This document shows positions 1-10,753 of a stretch of 64,000 nt of DNA, piece after piece. The notes beneath the pieces are model-generated. The model ran no database searches, was not told where the DNA came from, and saw only the letters and a list, made by a program, of their open reading frames with translations. A program made the position numbers and the translations under genes. Source of the stretch: an uncultured Bacteroidales bacterium (GTDB lineage Bacteria > Bacteroidota > Bacteroidia > Bacteroidales > UBA932). The stretch is taken from contig CALZOR010000001.1 of assembly GCA_945827785.1 (NCBI GenBank), positions 54,391-118,390 on the forward strand, read 5' to 3'. Within the stretch, counting starts at the first letter, position 1, and every line of letters begins with the position of its first letter.

Positions 1-44
1 CGAAGCCCGTCCGGATTAATATATAAATACGGTAAACATCATTT

Positions 45-1412
45 ATGGACATAAATAACATCAAACCACTCATAGACCCGTCAAGACCGAAGGTATATAT
101 CGAGACCTACGGATGTCAGATGAATGTCAATGACAGCGAGGTCATTCTCTCCATCCTCCAGAAGGAAGGCTATGTCCTGACCGAGGACATGGACCAGGCC
201 AACATTATTCTTGCAAACACCTGCTCGATCAGGGAAAATGCAGAACAGAGGATATGGGGACGCATAGACCAGTTCAGGCTCCAGAAGAAAAAAAGGCAGG
301 ACGTGATCATCGGCATCGTCGGCTGCATGGCCGAAAGACTGAAGGACAAGCTTCTGGACGGGCATCAGGTCGATATCGTGGCCGGACCGGACTCCTATCG
401 AAGCCTGCCGCAGCTGATAAGGGACGTGACCCCGGACTCTCCGCAAATCAACGTACTGCTTTCGCATGAGGAGACCTATGCCGACATATCTCCGGTGAGG
501 ATGGACAAGAACGGAATTTCCGCCTTCATTTCAATCATGAGGGGATGCAACAATGTATGCTCATACTGCGTTGTTCCATACACCAGAGGAGCAGAACGCA
601 GCCGCGATCCGAAGACAATTCTCAGAGAAGCTCAGGAGCTGTATTCCAATGGTTACAAGGAGATTACACTTCTCGGACAGAATGTCGATTCCTATCTTTG
701 GAAGGCTGAGGAAGGAGAGGAAGCCAGCGTGAATTTCGCCCAGCTGCTTGAAATGGTGGCAAAGATTAGCCCCGAACTCAGGGTGAGGTTTTCAACCTCC
801 CACCCGAAGGACATCAGCGACGAGGTAATCTACACCATGGCGGCTTACCCGAACATCTGCAAGCACATCCATCTTCCTGTGCAGTCTGGCAGCAGCAGCA
901 TGCTTGAAAAGATGCGCCGCAAATATGACAGGGAGTGGTACCTGGAAAGAGTTGCAAAAATACGCAGTGTGATTCCGGACTGCGGCATCACGACCGACGT
1001 GATTGCCGGATTCTGCGGAGAAACGCTTGAGGATCATGCAGATACACTTTCCCTTATGGAGGAGGTAGTGTTTGATTCCGCCTTTATGTTCGCGTATTCA
1101 GAGCGCCCGGGCACCCTCGCTTCAAGGAAATATCCGGACGACATCCCATACGAGGAAAAGACACGCAGACTGAACGAAATCATCGCTCTTCAGGGGCGTA
1201 TGAGTCTCAAGAGCAACGAAAGGGACCTTGGAAAAGAGTTCGAAGTTCTTGTGGAAGGGCCTTCCAAGAAGAATCCGGACGAGCTGTGCGGCCGGGCAAG
1301 CAATAACAAAATGTGCGTCTTCCCGAGCCATGGCGAAAAACCTGGCGATTACACACATGTTAAAGTTGAGTCAGTCACGTCTGCTACGCTGATTTGCAGC
1401 AACTTAGGCTAA
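45..1412 (+). CDS. miaB: tRNA-2-methylthio-N6-dimethylallyladenosine synthase (radical SAM methylthiotransferase)
   Basis: UPF0004 N-terminus (ETYGCQMNVNDSE, NTCSIRENAE), CNNVCSYC radical-SAM motif, C-terminal TRAM domain. Confidence 0.96.
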   Translation: MDINNIKPLIDPSRPKVYIETYGCQMNVNDSEVILSILQKEGYVLTEDMDQANIILANTCSIRENAEQRIWGRIDQFRLQKKKRQDVIIGIVGCMAERLKDKLLDGHQVDIVAGPDSYRSLPQLIRDVTPDSPQINVLLSHEETYADISPVRMDKNGISAFISIMRGCNNVCSYCVVPYTRGAERSRDPKTILREAQELYSNGYKEITLLGQNVDSYLWKAEEGEEASVNFAQLLEMVAKISPELRVRFSTSHPKDISDEVIYTMAAYPNICKHIHLPVQSGSSSMLEKMRRKYDREWYLERVAKIRSVIPDCGITTDVIAGFCGETLEDHADTLSLMEEVVFDSAFMFAYSERPGTLASRKYPDDIPYEEKTRRLNEIIALQGRMSLKSNERDLGKEFEVLVEGPSKKNPDELCGRASNNKMCVFPSHGEKPGDYTHVKVESVTSATLICSNLG

Positions 1413-2674
1413 AGAAGTTCGAAGAGTTCATCCATGCATGAACGTGCACGGAGAGTATCGAGCGACGCTTCCATGGCTGCCTTCTGATTGAGGAAGGCGG
1501 TCATGTTTGCTTTTTTGACAGGCTCTGCAGGTGGGGATTCCATCTTGAGCGGATTGATCGGAGTGCCGTTTTTCCATACACGGAAGTCGAGATGCGGGCC
1601 GGTCGATCTGCCGGTTGAGCCGACATAGCCGATTACCTCGCCCTGACGCACGCGCTGGCCGACCTTGAGGTTGGAGGCGTACTTGGAGAGGTGGAGATAG
1701 GCTGTGGAATAGACGGAATTGTGCCTGATTCTCACGGTGTTGCCACCGGCGCCTTCGTATTTGCGGCTTGTAACGACACCGTCTCCGATGGACATCACAG
1801 GAGTGCCTGCTGGAGCCGCATAGTCAACCCCTGTGTGAGGCATTACCTTGCGAGTCACCGGATGTTTGCGGGCATAGGAGAAGCCTGAACTGATGCGTGA
1901 ATATTTGAGAGGGGCCTTCAGGAAGGCCTTTTTCATGCTTTCTCCATTGGCATTCCACCAGATATTGCCGCCGTCCCCCTGGTCGAACATCACCATCGGA
2001 TAGTCCTTCCCGCCGCTTGAATAGACGGCATAGCGGACAGTATCCACGGATATCACCTGCCCCTCACAGGTCTTCAAGTCATAAAGAACGCGGAAGCGGT
2101 CCCCTTTCTGAAGACCGAAAAAGTCCACGGTCCATGCATAAATGTCTGATAATGAAAGTATCAGAAGGGGTGAAACTCCGGCATCAATCATGTCGTTCCA
2201 AAGTGAGGAACGGATGGTCACATCGGCATAGCGATGCTCCACCGTCAATTCCTTCGATACGTTCCAGGCCAGATATGGTTTCTGGAGTGTGAAGACCACG
2301 CCCGAGACTTTGTCCTTGTCATATATCAGGTACTGAGGTTCATGGTCGGAAGGAGTGTAATACACTCTGTATGAATTGCCTACGCGAAGGCTCCTGACGT
2401 CGAAGACATCTGCGCAGGCCTGGGAAATTTCATAGGATGCCCGGGAATCGAGACCAGCTTTGGCAAGTACAGTTGAGAAGAATTGTCCGTTCTTAACCTT
2501 CGATTCCACACATTCGAGGGTGTCCGTCGGCGGAAGTCCTTCTCCGGGATGGAACTCAGTGACAATATCCTTTTCCGCCGGTTCCCCTTCAGGGGCGGAA
2601 GGTCCGGAACATGAAAGAAGTGACAGGATGCAGATGGAGAGTATATGGACAGACCAGGTATGTTTCATTTTCAT
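1409..2674 (-). CDS. M23 family peptidoglycan DD-endopeptidase (MepM-like) lipoprotein
   Basis: Lipobox LLSC; M23 Zn motifs HTGVD and GPHLDF (HxH variant), AYLHLS. Confidence 0.9.
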   Translation of the reverse strand: MKMKHTWSVHILSICILSLLSCSGPSAPEGEPAEKDIVTEFHPGEGLPPTDTLECVESKVKNGQFFSTVLAKAGLDSRASYEISQACADVFDVRSLRVGNSYRVYYTPSDHEPQYLIYDKDKVSGVVFTLQKPYLAWNVSKELTVEHRYADVTIRSSLWNDMIDAGVSPLLILSLSDIYAWTVDFFGLQKGDRFRVLYDLKTCEGQVISVDTVRYAVYSSGGKDYPMVMFDQGDGGNIWWNANGESMKKAFLKAPLKYSRISSGFSYARKHPVTRKVMPHTGVDYAAPAGTPVMSIGDGVVTSRKYEGAGGNTVRIRHNSVYSTAYLHLSKYASNLKVGQRVRQGEVIGYVGSTGRSTGPHLDFRVWKNGTPINPLKMESPPAEPVKKANMTAFLNQKAAMEASLDTLRARSCMDELFELL

Positions 2675-2792
2675 CAGAATACGTTGGTATGGATTATTTT
2701 ATAAGGCCACAAATCTACGAATAATTTTGCAGTTTCCTCCAAAGGGATTATCTTTATATGTTTTTTGAAAAACATTAATCCTGACATATATT

Positions 2793-4523
2793 ATGGAACA
2801 GATTATCGAATGCGTACCTAATTTCAGCGAAGGTCGTAATAAGAATGTCATAGATGCCATCGTCGCAGCAATTATCAGAGGCGGAGCAGAGGCAGAATGT
2901 GAAAAACCAGGGGTAAAGGTCCTGAACGTGGATCCGGGCGAGGCGACCAACCGTACCGTAGTCACTTTCACGGGCTCGCCCGAAGCTGTTGCCGAGGCTG
3001 CTTTCGCAGGAGTCAAGTGCGCCGGAGAGCTCATTGACATGCGCAAGCACCATGGGGCGCATCCTCGTTCCGGTGCGACTGACGTGCTCCCTTTCATTCC
3101 TGTTTCGGGAATCACGCTTGAGGAGTGCGCAGCCATAGCCCGCAAATGTGCAGAAAGGATATACAAGGAACTCGGCATCCCGTGCTACTGCTATGAGGCG
3201 GCAGCATACAGGAGCGAAAGAAAAAATCTTGCAGTATGCCGTCAGGGAGAATGGGAGGCACTGCCTCAGAAGATGACCGATCCGGACAAGATGCCGGATT
3301 TCGGCCCGGGTGAATACACCGAAAGAGCTGCCATCTCGGGAGCGAGCAATGTAGGAGCAAGGGATTTCCTGATTGCCGTGAATTTCAACCTCAACACAAC
3401 CTCAACACGCCGTGCCAATGCTGTGGCATTTGACGTCAGGGAGAAGGGACGTCCGAAAAGAGAAGGCAATCCGATTACCGGAAAAATTGTTAAGGATGAG
3501 AACGGGAACACGGTCATGATTCCGGGCACGCTCAAGGGGTGCAAGGCAATTGGCTGGTTCATAGATGAATATGGAATCGCACAGGTATCGATGAACATAA
3601 CGGACATCAATGCGACACCCCTCCACAAGGCTTTCGAAGAAGTCTGCAGAGCAGCTCAGGCAAGGGGTCTGAGGGTCACCGGCACTGAAATAGTGGGACT
3701 GGTGCCGAAGAAAACCTTGATTGATGCAGGTAAATATTTCCTTGAGAAACAGCAGAGGTCAACTGGAATTTCTGAAGAGGAGATAATGAAGATAGCTGTC
3801 AAATCAATGGGACTGGACGATTTGAAACCATTCGATCCAAAAGAGAAAGTCATTGAATATCTGATGGTTGACGAGGAAAAGGCTGCTTCTGAAGAGAGGC
3901 TTGTCAGGATGAGGTGCAAGGACTTCGCCTACGAGACCGCATCCGAGTCGCCTGCTCCGGGAGGCGGCTCCGTATCCGCATACATGGGTGCTTTGGGCGC
4001 TGCCTTGGGAACAATGGTTGCCAACCTTTCTTCGCACAAACCAGGCTGGGACGACCGCTGGAAAGAATTCTCGGACTGGGCTGAGACCGGGCAGGATATT
4101 CTCGGGAGACTTCTCAGGCTTGTTGACGAGGACACTGCGGCTTTCAACCGAATAATGGAGGCCCTCGGAATGCCTAAGGGGACGGACCAGGAGAAGGCAG
4201 CAAGGGCGGCTGCACTTGAGGCTGCAACTCTCTATGCCACACAGGTTCCGCTGAAGACAATGAAGGCAGCATACGAAGTCTTCCCGCTTGTCAGGGCGAT
4301 GGCTCTCGAGGGTAATCCGAACTCCGTTTCCGATGCCGGAGTAGGCGCACTTGCAGCACGTGCAGCAGTCCTGGGGGCATGGCTGAACGTGAAGATAAAT
4401 GCAGCTTCCCTGAATGACCGCTCAGCTGCCCAGGCTCTTGTTTCCGAGGCCGATGCACTTGCTGCAAAGGCTCAGGAAGAGGAAAAGGAAATCATGGAAA
4501 CAATCAACGCTAAACTTTCATAA
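2793..4523 (+). CDS. ftcD: Bifunctional glutamate formiminotransferase / formiminotetrahydrofolate cyclodeaminase
   Basis: N-terminal ECVPNFSEGR and HPRSGATDVLPF; C-terminal cyclodeaminase SPAPGGGSVSA and GNPNSVSDAGV. Confidence 0.93.
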   Translation: MEQIIECVPNFSEGRNKNVIDAIVAAIIRGGAEAECEKPGVKVLNVDPGEATNRTVVTFTGSPEAVAEAAFAGVKCAGELIDMRKHHGAHPRSGATDVLPFIPVSGITLEECAAIARKCAERIYKELGIPCYCYEAAAYRSERKNLAVCRQGEWEALPQKMTDPDKMPDFGPGEYTERAAISGASNVGARDFLIAVNFNLNTTSTRRANAVAFDVREKGRPKREGNPITGKIVKDENGNTVMIPGTLKGCKAIGWFIDEYGIAQVSMNITDINATPLHKAFEEVCRAAQARGLRVTGTEIVGLVPKKTLIDAGKYFLEKQQRSTGISEEEIMKIAVKSMGLDDLKPFDPKEKVIEYLMVDEEKAASEERLVRMRCKDFAYETASESPAPGGGSVSAYMGALGAALGTMVANLSSHKPGWDDRWKEFSDWAETGQDILGRLLRLVDEDTAAFNRIMEALGMPKGTDQEKAARAAALEAATLYATQVPLKTMKAAYEVFPLVRAMALEGNPNSVSDAGVGALAARAAVLGAWLNVKINAASLNDRSAAQALVSEADALAAKAQEEEKEIMETINAKLS

Positions 4524-4529
4524 CTACTT

Positions 4530-6551
4530 ATGACACAATTTCAGGAATCGATTCTGGAAGGCATCCCTGCGGAGCTTCCTCAGGAAAAGCCGTATGATTG
4601 GAAAATAAATCACGCGCCCAGGCGCAAGGATATACTCAGCGACGAGGAGAAAGTCCTCGCAATCAAAAATGCCCTGAGATACTTCCCTCAGAAGCATCAT
4701 CAGGTCCTCGCAAAAGAATTTGCCCAGGAGCTGAAGGAGTACGGACGCATCTACATGTATCGTTTCCGTCCTGATTATGAAATGTTTGCACGTCCGATTG
4801 ACGAATATCCAGCCAGAAGCCGTCAGGCGGCTGCCATCATGGCGATGATTCAGAACAACCTCGATCCGAGAGTTGCACAGCATCCTCATGAGCTGATTAC
4901 CTACGGCGGAAACGGAGCAGTTTTCCAGAACTGGGCCCAGTACCGTCTTGTCATGCAGTACCTGGCTACGATGACCGACGAGCAGACCCTCGTCATGTAC
5001 TCAGGCCACCCTCTCGGGCTCTTTCCGAGCCACAAGGATGCACCGAGGGTGATAGTTACCAATGGAATGGTAATTCCGAACTACTCAAAACAGGACCATT
5101 GGGAGAAATTCAACGCCATGGGAGTGTCTCAATACGGCCAGATGACAGCAGGTTCATACATGTACATCGGCCCACAGGGCATTGTGCACGGAACGACGAT
5201 TACAGTTATGAATGCTGCCCGAAAGAAACTTGCGGCCAAAGGCTTGAGCGGCACTAAAGAAAACATGGCAGGAATGCTTTTCGTCACTGCCGGTCTCGGA
5301 GGAATGTCCGGAGCGCAGCCAAAGGCGGGAGTGATTTCCGGGGTTGTAAGCGTAATAGCAGAAATCAACCCGATGGCTGCCCGCAAAAGATATGAACAGG
5401 GATGGGTGGACGAGATTCATGAGGACCTTGACGAGCTGATTCCACGCATCCGCAAGGCCTGTCAGGACAAGGAAGTGGTTTCTCTCGCATACCAGGGCAA
5501 TGTGGTTGACCTTTGGGAAAGGCTTGCAGATGAAGGCATTGAGGTCGATCTGGGCTCAGACCAGACATCCCTGCACAACCCATGGGCAGGAGGCTATTAT
5601 CCTGCAGGTTACAGCTATGAGGAGTCAAAGGAAATGATGGCACGCGAGCCGGAGCGCTTCAAAGAATGTGTAAGGGAGTCGCTTCGCAGGCATGCTGCAG
5701 CCATAGGCCGCCTGAGTGCGCGGGGGATGTATTTCTTCGACTATGGAAATGCCTTCCTTCTCGAAGCATCCAGGGCAGGCGCGGACGTAATGGGAGAAAA
5801 CGGCAGATTCCGCTATCCGTCCTATGTCCAGGACATCATGGGACCTCTTTTCTTCGACTACGGTTTCGGTCCTTTCCGCTGGGTCTGCATGTCCCAGGAT
5901 CCGGAAGATCTTGCAAAAACAGACAGGATTGCAGCTGACGTGCTCAAGAAGATTGCAGCAGAGGCTCCGGAAGAAATCCAGGGTCAGATGAACGACAACA
6001 TCCACTGGATTGAGGAAGCAGGCAGGAACAAGCTGGTCGTGGGCTCACAGGCACGTATCCTGTACGCCGACTGCGAAGGCCGCACAAAGATTGCGCTTGC
6101 CTTCAACGAGGCCATCCGCAAGGGAGAAATCACCGCTCCGATTGTCCTTGGCCGAGACCATCATGACGTGTCCGGCACCGACTCTCCATTCAGGGAGACA
6201 TCGAATATCTATGACGGTTCCAGCTTCACGGCGGACATGGCCGTCCAGAACGTCATAGGCGACGGATTCAGAGGCGCCACATGGGTATCAATCCACAACG
6301 GAGGCGGCGTTGGATGGGGCGAAGTAATCAACGGAGGCTTCGGAATGGTCATCGACGGCAGCGCGGATGCTGACAGGCATATCAGCGAAATGCTCCTCTG
6401 GGATGTCAACAACGGAATTGCGCGTCGCAGCTGGGCTCGTAACAAGGGTGCCGTAATGGCCATCAGACGAGAAATGGAGCGTACTCCGGGGCTTAAAGTT
6501 ACTCTGCCGAATTTTGCCGATGAGGAAATCATCCGACAAGCGCTCAATTGA
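4530..6551 (+). CDS. hutU: Urocanate hydratase (long form)
   Basis: YGQMTAGSYMYIGPQGIVHGT, GLGGMSGAQ, SDQTSLHNP, GRDHHDVSG, HNGGGVGWG motifs. Confidence 0.96.
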   Translation: MTQFQESILEGIPAELPQEKPYDWKINHAPRRKDILSDEEKVLAIKNALRYFPQKHHQVLAKEFAQELKEYGRIYMYRFRPDYEMFARPIDEYPARSRQAAAIMAMIQNNLDPRVAQHPHELITYGGNGAVFQNWAQYRLVMQYLATMTDEQTLVMYSGHPLGLFPSHKDAPRVIVTNGMVIPNYSKQDHWEKFNAMGVSQYGQMTAGSYMYIGPQGIVHGTTITVMNAARKKLAAKGLSGTKENMAGMLFVTAGLGGMSGAQPKAGVISGVVSVIAEINPMAARKRYEQGWVDEIHEDLDELIPRIRKACQDKEVVSLAYQGNVVDLWERLADEGIEVDLGSDQTSLHNPWAGGYYPAGYSYEESKEMMAREPERFKECVRESLRRHAAAIGRLSARGMYFFDYGNAFLLEASRAGADVMGENGRFRYPSYVQDIMGPLFFDYGFGPFRWVCMSQDPEDLAKTDRIAADVLKKIAAEAPEEIQGQMNDNIHWIEEAGRNKLVVGSQARILYADCEGRTKIALAFNEAIRKGEITAPIVLGRDHHDVSGTDSPFRETSNIYDGSSFTADMAVQNVIGDGFRGATWVSIHNGGGVGWGEVINGGFGMVIDGSADADRHISEMLLWDVNNGIARRSWARNKGAVMAIRREMERTPGLKVTLPNFADEEIIRQALN

Positions 6552-6590
6552 CTATGAATATTTCCCTGAACGAACTTAACGCGGACAAAG

Positions 6591-7688
6591 ATGAGGATTG
6601 TGTGTTTTCTCAGGTCTCTAGGACTTGGAGGGATTGAAAGGCAGATGTCGGGGCTGGCTGTTATTCTGAAAGAGGCCGGCCATGATGTCGTCGTGATGAA
6701 ATATATATCTGAAGACTTCTATAGAAGCTATCTGGAAGAGAATGGAGTCAGGGTTGAGCATATTGACAAGAAATGGGGTTCACTCGGGACCTCATTGGCT
6801 GTAGCCCGGAAACTGGAAGAGTTTTCCGCCGACATCGTGATTTCCTTTGCACCGAGTCCCGGGCTGAAGGCCTGCTATGCTAAACTGATGTGCCGCAGAA
6901 AGTTCAGGCTCGTTGTCTCCGAACGCAACTATCTGCGAAGATTCCACATAAATGACTGGTACCGCTTCATCGTCTATCGCCTTCTCGCAGACAGAATCGT
7001 CAGCAATTCGCATGCGCAGATGCAGCACATCATTAGCTCCTTCCCGATGCTGGAAGGCAAGACATCCTGCATAGTGAATTTCGTTGACCTGGAAAAACAT
7101 AAGCCTTCACATAGGCACCATCAGGAGGGTCCCGTGAGACTGTCCGTCATCTCGAGATTGTGCCGCAGGAAAAACACCCATGGCTTGATAAAAGCCGCGA
7201 AAGAGCTGAAAGACAAGGGTTTGTCATTTCACATCAGTTGGTATGGCTCCACCAGGGAAACACGCTATCTGAGGAAATGCATGAAAACCATTGAAAAATA
7301 CGGCTTAAAGGACGTGTTTGAAATCCTTGAAGCAACCAGAGATGTAAAGTCCATCTATGAAGAGACTGATGTATTCTGCCTCCCAAGTTTCTACGAAGGG
7401 ACATCCAATTCCATGTGCGAAGCCCTTGCAAGCGGGCTTGCGGTTGCATGCAGTGACGTCAGTGACAATGCACTGTATGTTAAGCACGGAAAGAACGGAT
7501 GGCTGTTCAACCCTCACAGTGTCGCAGACATGGCCGGGACTCTTGAAGAGATTATCTCAAGCAGGAGAGAAACGCTCCAAGCCTATGGTCGTGAAAGCAG
7601 GTTGATTGCAGAAGAAAAATTCCCGATTGAAAGATTCAACCGGGAATATATCGGATTAATTGAAGACCTTTCCAAAGCCGAGCTTTAG
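6591..7688 (+). CDS. Glycosyltransferase family 4 (GT-B)
   Basis: GGIER N-terminal motif; PSFYEGTSNSMCEALASG (EX7E). Confidence 0.88.
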   Translation: MRIVCFLRSLGLGGIERQMSGLAVILKEAGHDVVVMKYISEDFYRSYLEENGVRVEHIDKKWGSLGTSLAVARKLEEFSADIVISFAPSPGLKACYAKLMCRRKFRLVVSERNYLRRFHINDWYRFIVYRLLADRIVSNSHAQMQHIISSFPMLEGKTSCIVNFVDLEKHKPSHRHHQEGPVRLSVISRLCRRKNTHGLIKAAKELKDKGLSFHISWYGSTRETRYLRKCMKTIEKYGLKDVFEILEATRDVKSIYEETDVFCLPSFYEGTSNSMCEALASGLAVACSDVSDNALYVKHGKNGWLFNPHSVADMAGTLEEIISSRRETLQAYGRESRLIAEEKFPIERFNREYIGLIEDLSKAEL

Positions 7689-9152
7689 AGTGGCTCCGAA
7701 ACTATCCTTATAGACTTCCCCGAAATCGCCGTATAGGCCCACGCTCATGTTAAGAGGCAGTTTTCCGAGCAGTCTGTCCAGACTGACCTCCAGGGCGAGG
7801 GAGAACTGCCACGGATAGTTGGCGAAAGGCGAAGAATCACCCTGATGATAACGGCCGTAATTGCGACTGAAAGTGCATTTGAAAAGATAAGGGAAATATA
7901 CATTTCCTTTCAGACCTATATGGTGAGCGACCAGTCTGTTAGATATGACTCCATGGGTAATACCCTCTGAATCAGGGGCATTCGGAATAAACAGCGGAAG
8001 ACCTATAGTTCTTCCGTAATAAGTCCATCCGCTTCTGTACTCACCATTGTTGAAATAATCGTCACATCCACCTATGACGAACCTTCCGTAAAACGGATCC
8101 GAAGGGTCCTGTCCTGCCATCTCCTCTTCAGTGGCAGGTCTGTCATGTACTACCCCGGACTGCCATGTCGTGTTGGCAAATTCATACATGATGTCGGTTA
8201 CTATTGCCTTGCGGTTCTTCAGGGCGATTGAAACAGAGCGCACTCCGTCAGGATAGTTCTGAACCCTCATTCCCGAGCCGTCTTCAAAAGGCTTGTCATA
8301 CTGGTAGGTGATGGTGAACGGTTCCGTACGCCACACAAGGCGCAGGAAGGCTCTTCCGAGGTGATTGCCAAGCACGTTTATCTGGTCAGAAGACGTAGCA
8401 TCCGAACCACCGCTTTTTCCAAACACGATTCTCATATAGTCCTTGAAAGTAGAAGGCTGTTTACCATATACTGGAGACTCCCCTCCCCACTGTGCCCAAT
8501 GGTCAAAGCCGAAAATGAAATCCACATTGCGTCCGAAAGCGGCCTTTAGGGCAATCGACTTGTTATGAATCATTGTATTCTTGACATAGCGGTTGTCAAT
8601 CATTTGATAATGAGCATAATTAGCACGGATTCCGAACCAGTGTCCCTTCTCGAAATAGATCCAGTCGCTCCAGAGATTGACTCCGGGCATGTTGCGGGCA
8701 TTGCCGGTCCACATTATATCACCCCCGGTAAGCGACAGTTCTCCAAGTTCATTTCTTCTCGGCGCCATTCCGACATCGAGCCTGATCATCTTCCAGCCTC
8801 CCGAGACATAAAGGCGATTGATACATGCAGAAGCAAGCTGAGGGGAATAAGGTTTCTTTGCAGAAAGGGCTCCGGCGAAGTCCCCCTCCGCCTCAAAGAA
8901 CCAGCCTTTTGACATGAAGCCGACCTTGGCTCCTGCCCTGAGAAGTCCTGAAGAGGTTACGGGAAGAATGCCTTCCTCTCCTGTCCTGGCCCAGAAAGGA
9001 AGATAGTCCGACGTGCCGGCAGCACCTCTGAGCGAGACATTGACCTGAGTGGTCCAGTTGCCTGCAAATACTGTTTCCGGGATGAAAATGGCTGATATGG
9101 TGACCAAAATGACAACCCTCAAAAAAATATTAAGTCTGTTGATTTTTTTCAT
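7656..9152 (-). CDS. Capsule assembly Wzi-family outer-membrane protein
   Basis: Signal peptide; LPFW, NARNMP, HNKS, HWAQWGG, LGNHLG, DDYFNNGEYRSGWTYYGRTIGLP motifs typical of Bacteroidetes Wzi-like proteins. Confidence 0.75.
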   Translation of the reverse strand: MKKINRLNIFLRVVILVTISAIFIPETVFAGNWTTQVNVSLRGAAGTSDYLPFWARTGEEGILPVTSSGLLRAGAKVGFMSKGWFFEAEGDFAGALSAKKPYSPQLASACINRLYVSGGWKMIRLDVGMAPRRNELGELSLTGGDIMWTGNARNMPGVNLWSDWIYFEKGHWFGIRANYAHYQMIDNRYVKNTMIHNKSIALKAAFGRNVDFIFGFDHWAQWGGESPVYGKQPSTFKDYMRIVFGKSGGSDATSSDQINVLGNHLGRAFLRLVWRTEPFTITYQYDKPFEDGSGMRVQNYPDGVRSVSIALKNRKAIVTDIMYEFANTTWQSGVVHDRPATEEEMAGQDPSDPFYGRFVIGGCDDYFNNGEYRSGWTYYGRTIGLPLFIPNAPDSEGITHGVISNRLVAHHIGLKGNVYFPYLFKCTFSRNYGRYHQGDSSPFANYPWQFSLALEVSLDRLLGKLPLNMSVGLYGDFGEVYKDSFGATLKLGFGKVFN

Positions 9153-9210
9153 ACGTCAGTTTATATCACAATTCTTTTCCAAAATAAAGTTTTCACTTCA
9201 AATCCGGCGG

Positions 9211-9248
9211 CAAAGATAAGAGATAAATTAAAAAAATGACTATGTTTG
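9211..9248. promoter_or_regulatory. Divergent Bacteroidetes -7 promoter elements for the wzi-like gene (-) and hutH (+)
   Basis: TATCTTTG on the minus strand at 9211-9218 and TATGTTTG on the plus strand at 9241-9248 match TAnnTTTG. Confidence 0.65.
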
Positions 9249-9274
9249 TGTGATAAAGTTCCAAACACTAAAAT

Positions 9275-10753
9275 ATGAACTACCACATTATCTCACATGA
9301 ATGGCTGACAATAGCCAAAGTACAGGAAATAATTGAGAAAAATATCAAGATTAAAATCGGAGAACAGGCGGAGCAGGCCGTGATTAAATGCCGAAACTTC
9401 CTGGATACCAAGATGAAAGACATTGGAAGGCCGGTCTATGGAGTCACTACCGGATTCGGTTCTCTCTGCAATATCACAATCCCTTTGGAAGATCTCTCAC
9501 AGTTGCAACACAATCTTGTAATGTCCCACGCCTGCGGAACGGGTGACAAGGTCAGGCCCGAAATAGTGAAACTGATGCTTCTGCTGAAAATCCAGTCCCT
9601 CTGCTACGGACATTCCGGAGTGCAGCTTGAAACCGTGAAAAGGCTGGCCGACATGTTCAACTGTAACATAATTCCGGTTGTATATCAGCAGGGGTCCCTC
9701 GGAGCATCAGGAGACCTTGCCCCTCTGGCCCACATGTGCCTTCCGATAATAGGAATGGGTGAGGTTTATTATAAAGGAGCCATAAGGAATGCCGCTGATG
9801 TATGGGAAGAAATGGGATGGGAGCCCATAAAGCTTAAATCCAAGGAGGGACTTGCCCTTCTGAACGGCACACAGTTCATGAGTGCACATGCCGTTTGGTC
9901 CATCATCAATGCCCGGAGGATTTCGGATTGGGCAGATGTTATTGGCACGATGTCACTCGAAGCCTACGACGGCCGTATCGAGCCATTCCTGCCTCAGGTC
10001 CACAGAGTAAGGCCCCATCAGGGACAGATAGAAACAGCCGGGAGGATTCTTGACATGATGAAAGACAGCCAGATTGCAGCGAATGCCAAGAGCCATGTCC
10101 AGGATCCATATTCATTCCGGTGCATGCCGCAGGTCCACGGTGCGGCGAAAGATACCCTCAGATATGTCAGTTCAGTAATTGAGACAGAGATCAACAGCGC
10201 AACCGACAACCCGACTGTTTTTCCGGATGAAGACCTGATCATTTCAGCGGGAAATTTCCATGGAGAGCCTATTGCAATTCCAATGGATATGCTTGCGATA
10301 GCGATGTCTGAGCTGTCAAATATCTCTGAAAGAAGGATTTACAGACTTATTTCAGGTCAGAGAGGACTGCCGAGCTTCCTGATAGCAAAGAGCGGGATCA
10401 ACAGCGGGTTCATGATTCCACAGTACACGGCTGCTTCAATCGTGAGCCAGAGCAAAGGGCTTTGCACCCCGGCAAGCGTTGATTCAATTCCATCGTCGCA
10501 GAGTCAGGAAGACCACGTGAGCATGGGCGCGAATGCTGCCACAAAGCTGGTAAAAGTAATTGAAAACACGGAAAGGGTTCTTGCCATAGAACTGTTCAAT
10601 GCTGCACAGGCACTGGAATTCCGTCGTCCGCTCAAAAGCTCACCTTATATCGAGCACGTGCATGACGAATACAGGAAAATCGTTCCTTTCATAAGCGATG
10701 ACACATACATGCATCCTTACATTGAAAAGTCTGTGGAATTCCTTAGAAAATGA
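9275..10753 (+). CDS. hutH: Histidine ammonia-lyase
   Basis: VYGVTTGFG, GSLGASGDLAPL (ASG/MIO), QDPYSFRCMPQVHG, EDHVSMG. Confidence 0.96.
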   Translation: MNYHIISHEWLTIAKVQEIIEKNIKIKIGEQAEQAVIKCRNFLDTKMKDIGRPVYGVTTGFGSLCNITIPLEDLSQLQHNLVMSHACGTGDKVRPEIVKLMLLLKIQSLCYGHSGVQLETVKRLADMFNCNIIPVVYQQGSLGASGDLAPLAHMCLPIIGMGEVYYKGAIRNAADVWEEMGWEPIKLKSKEGLALLNGTQFMSAHAVWSIINARRISDWADVIGTMSLEAYDGRIEPFLPQVHRVRPHQGQIETAGRILDMMKDSQIAANAKSHVQDPYSFRCMPQVHGAAKDTLRYVSSVIETEINSATDNPTVFPDEDLIISAGNFHGEPIAIPMDMLAIAMSELSNISERRIYRLISGQRGLPSFLIAKSGINSGFMIPQYTAASIVSQSKGLCTPASVDSIPSSQSQEDHVSMGANAATKLVKVIENTERVLAIELFNAAQALEFRRPLKSSPYIEHVHDEYRKIVPFISDDTYMHPYIEKSVEFLRK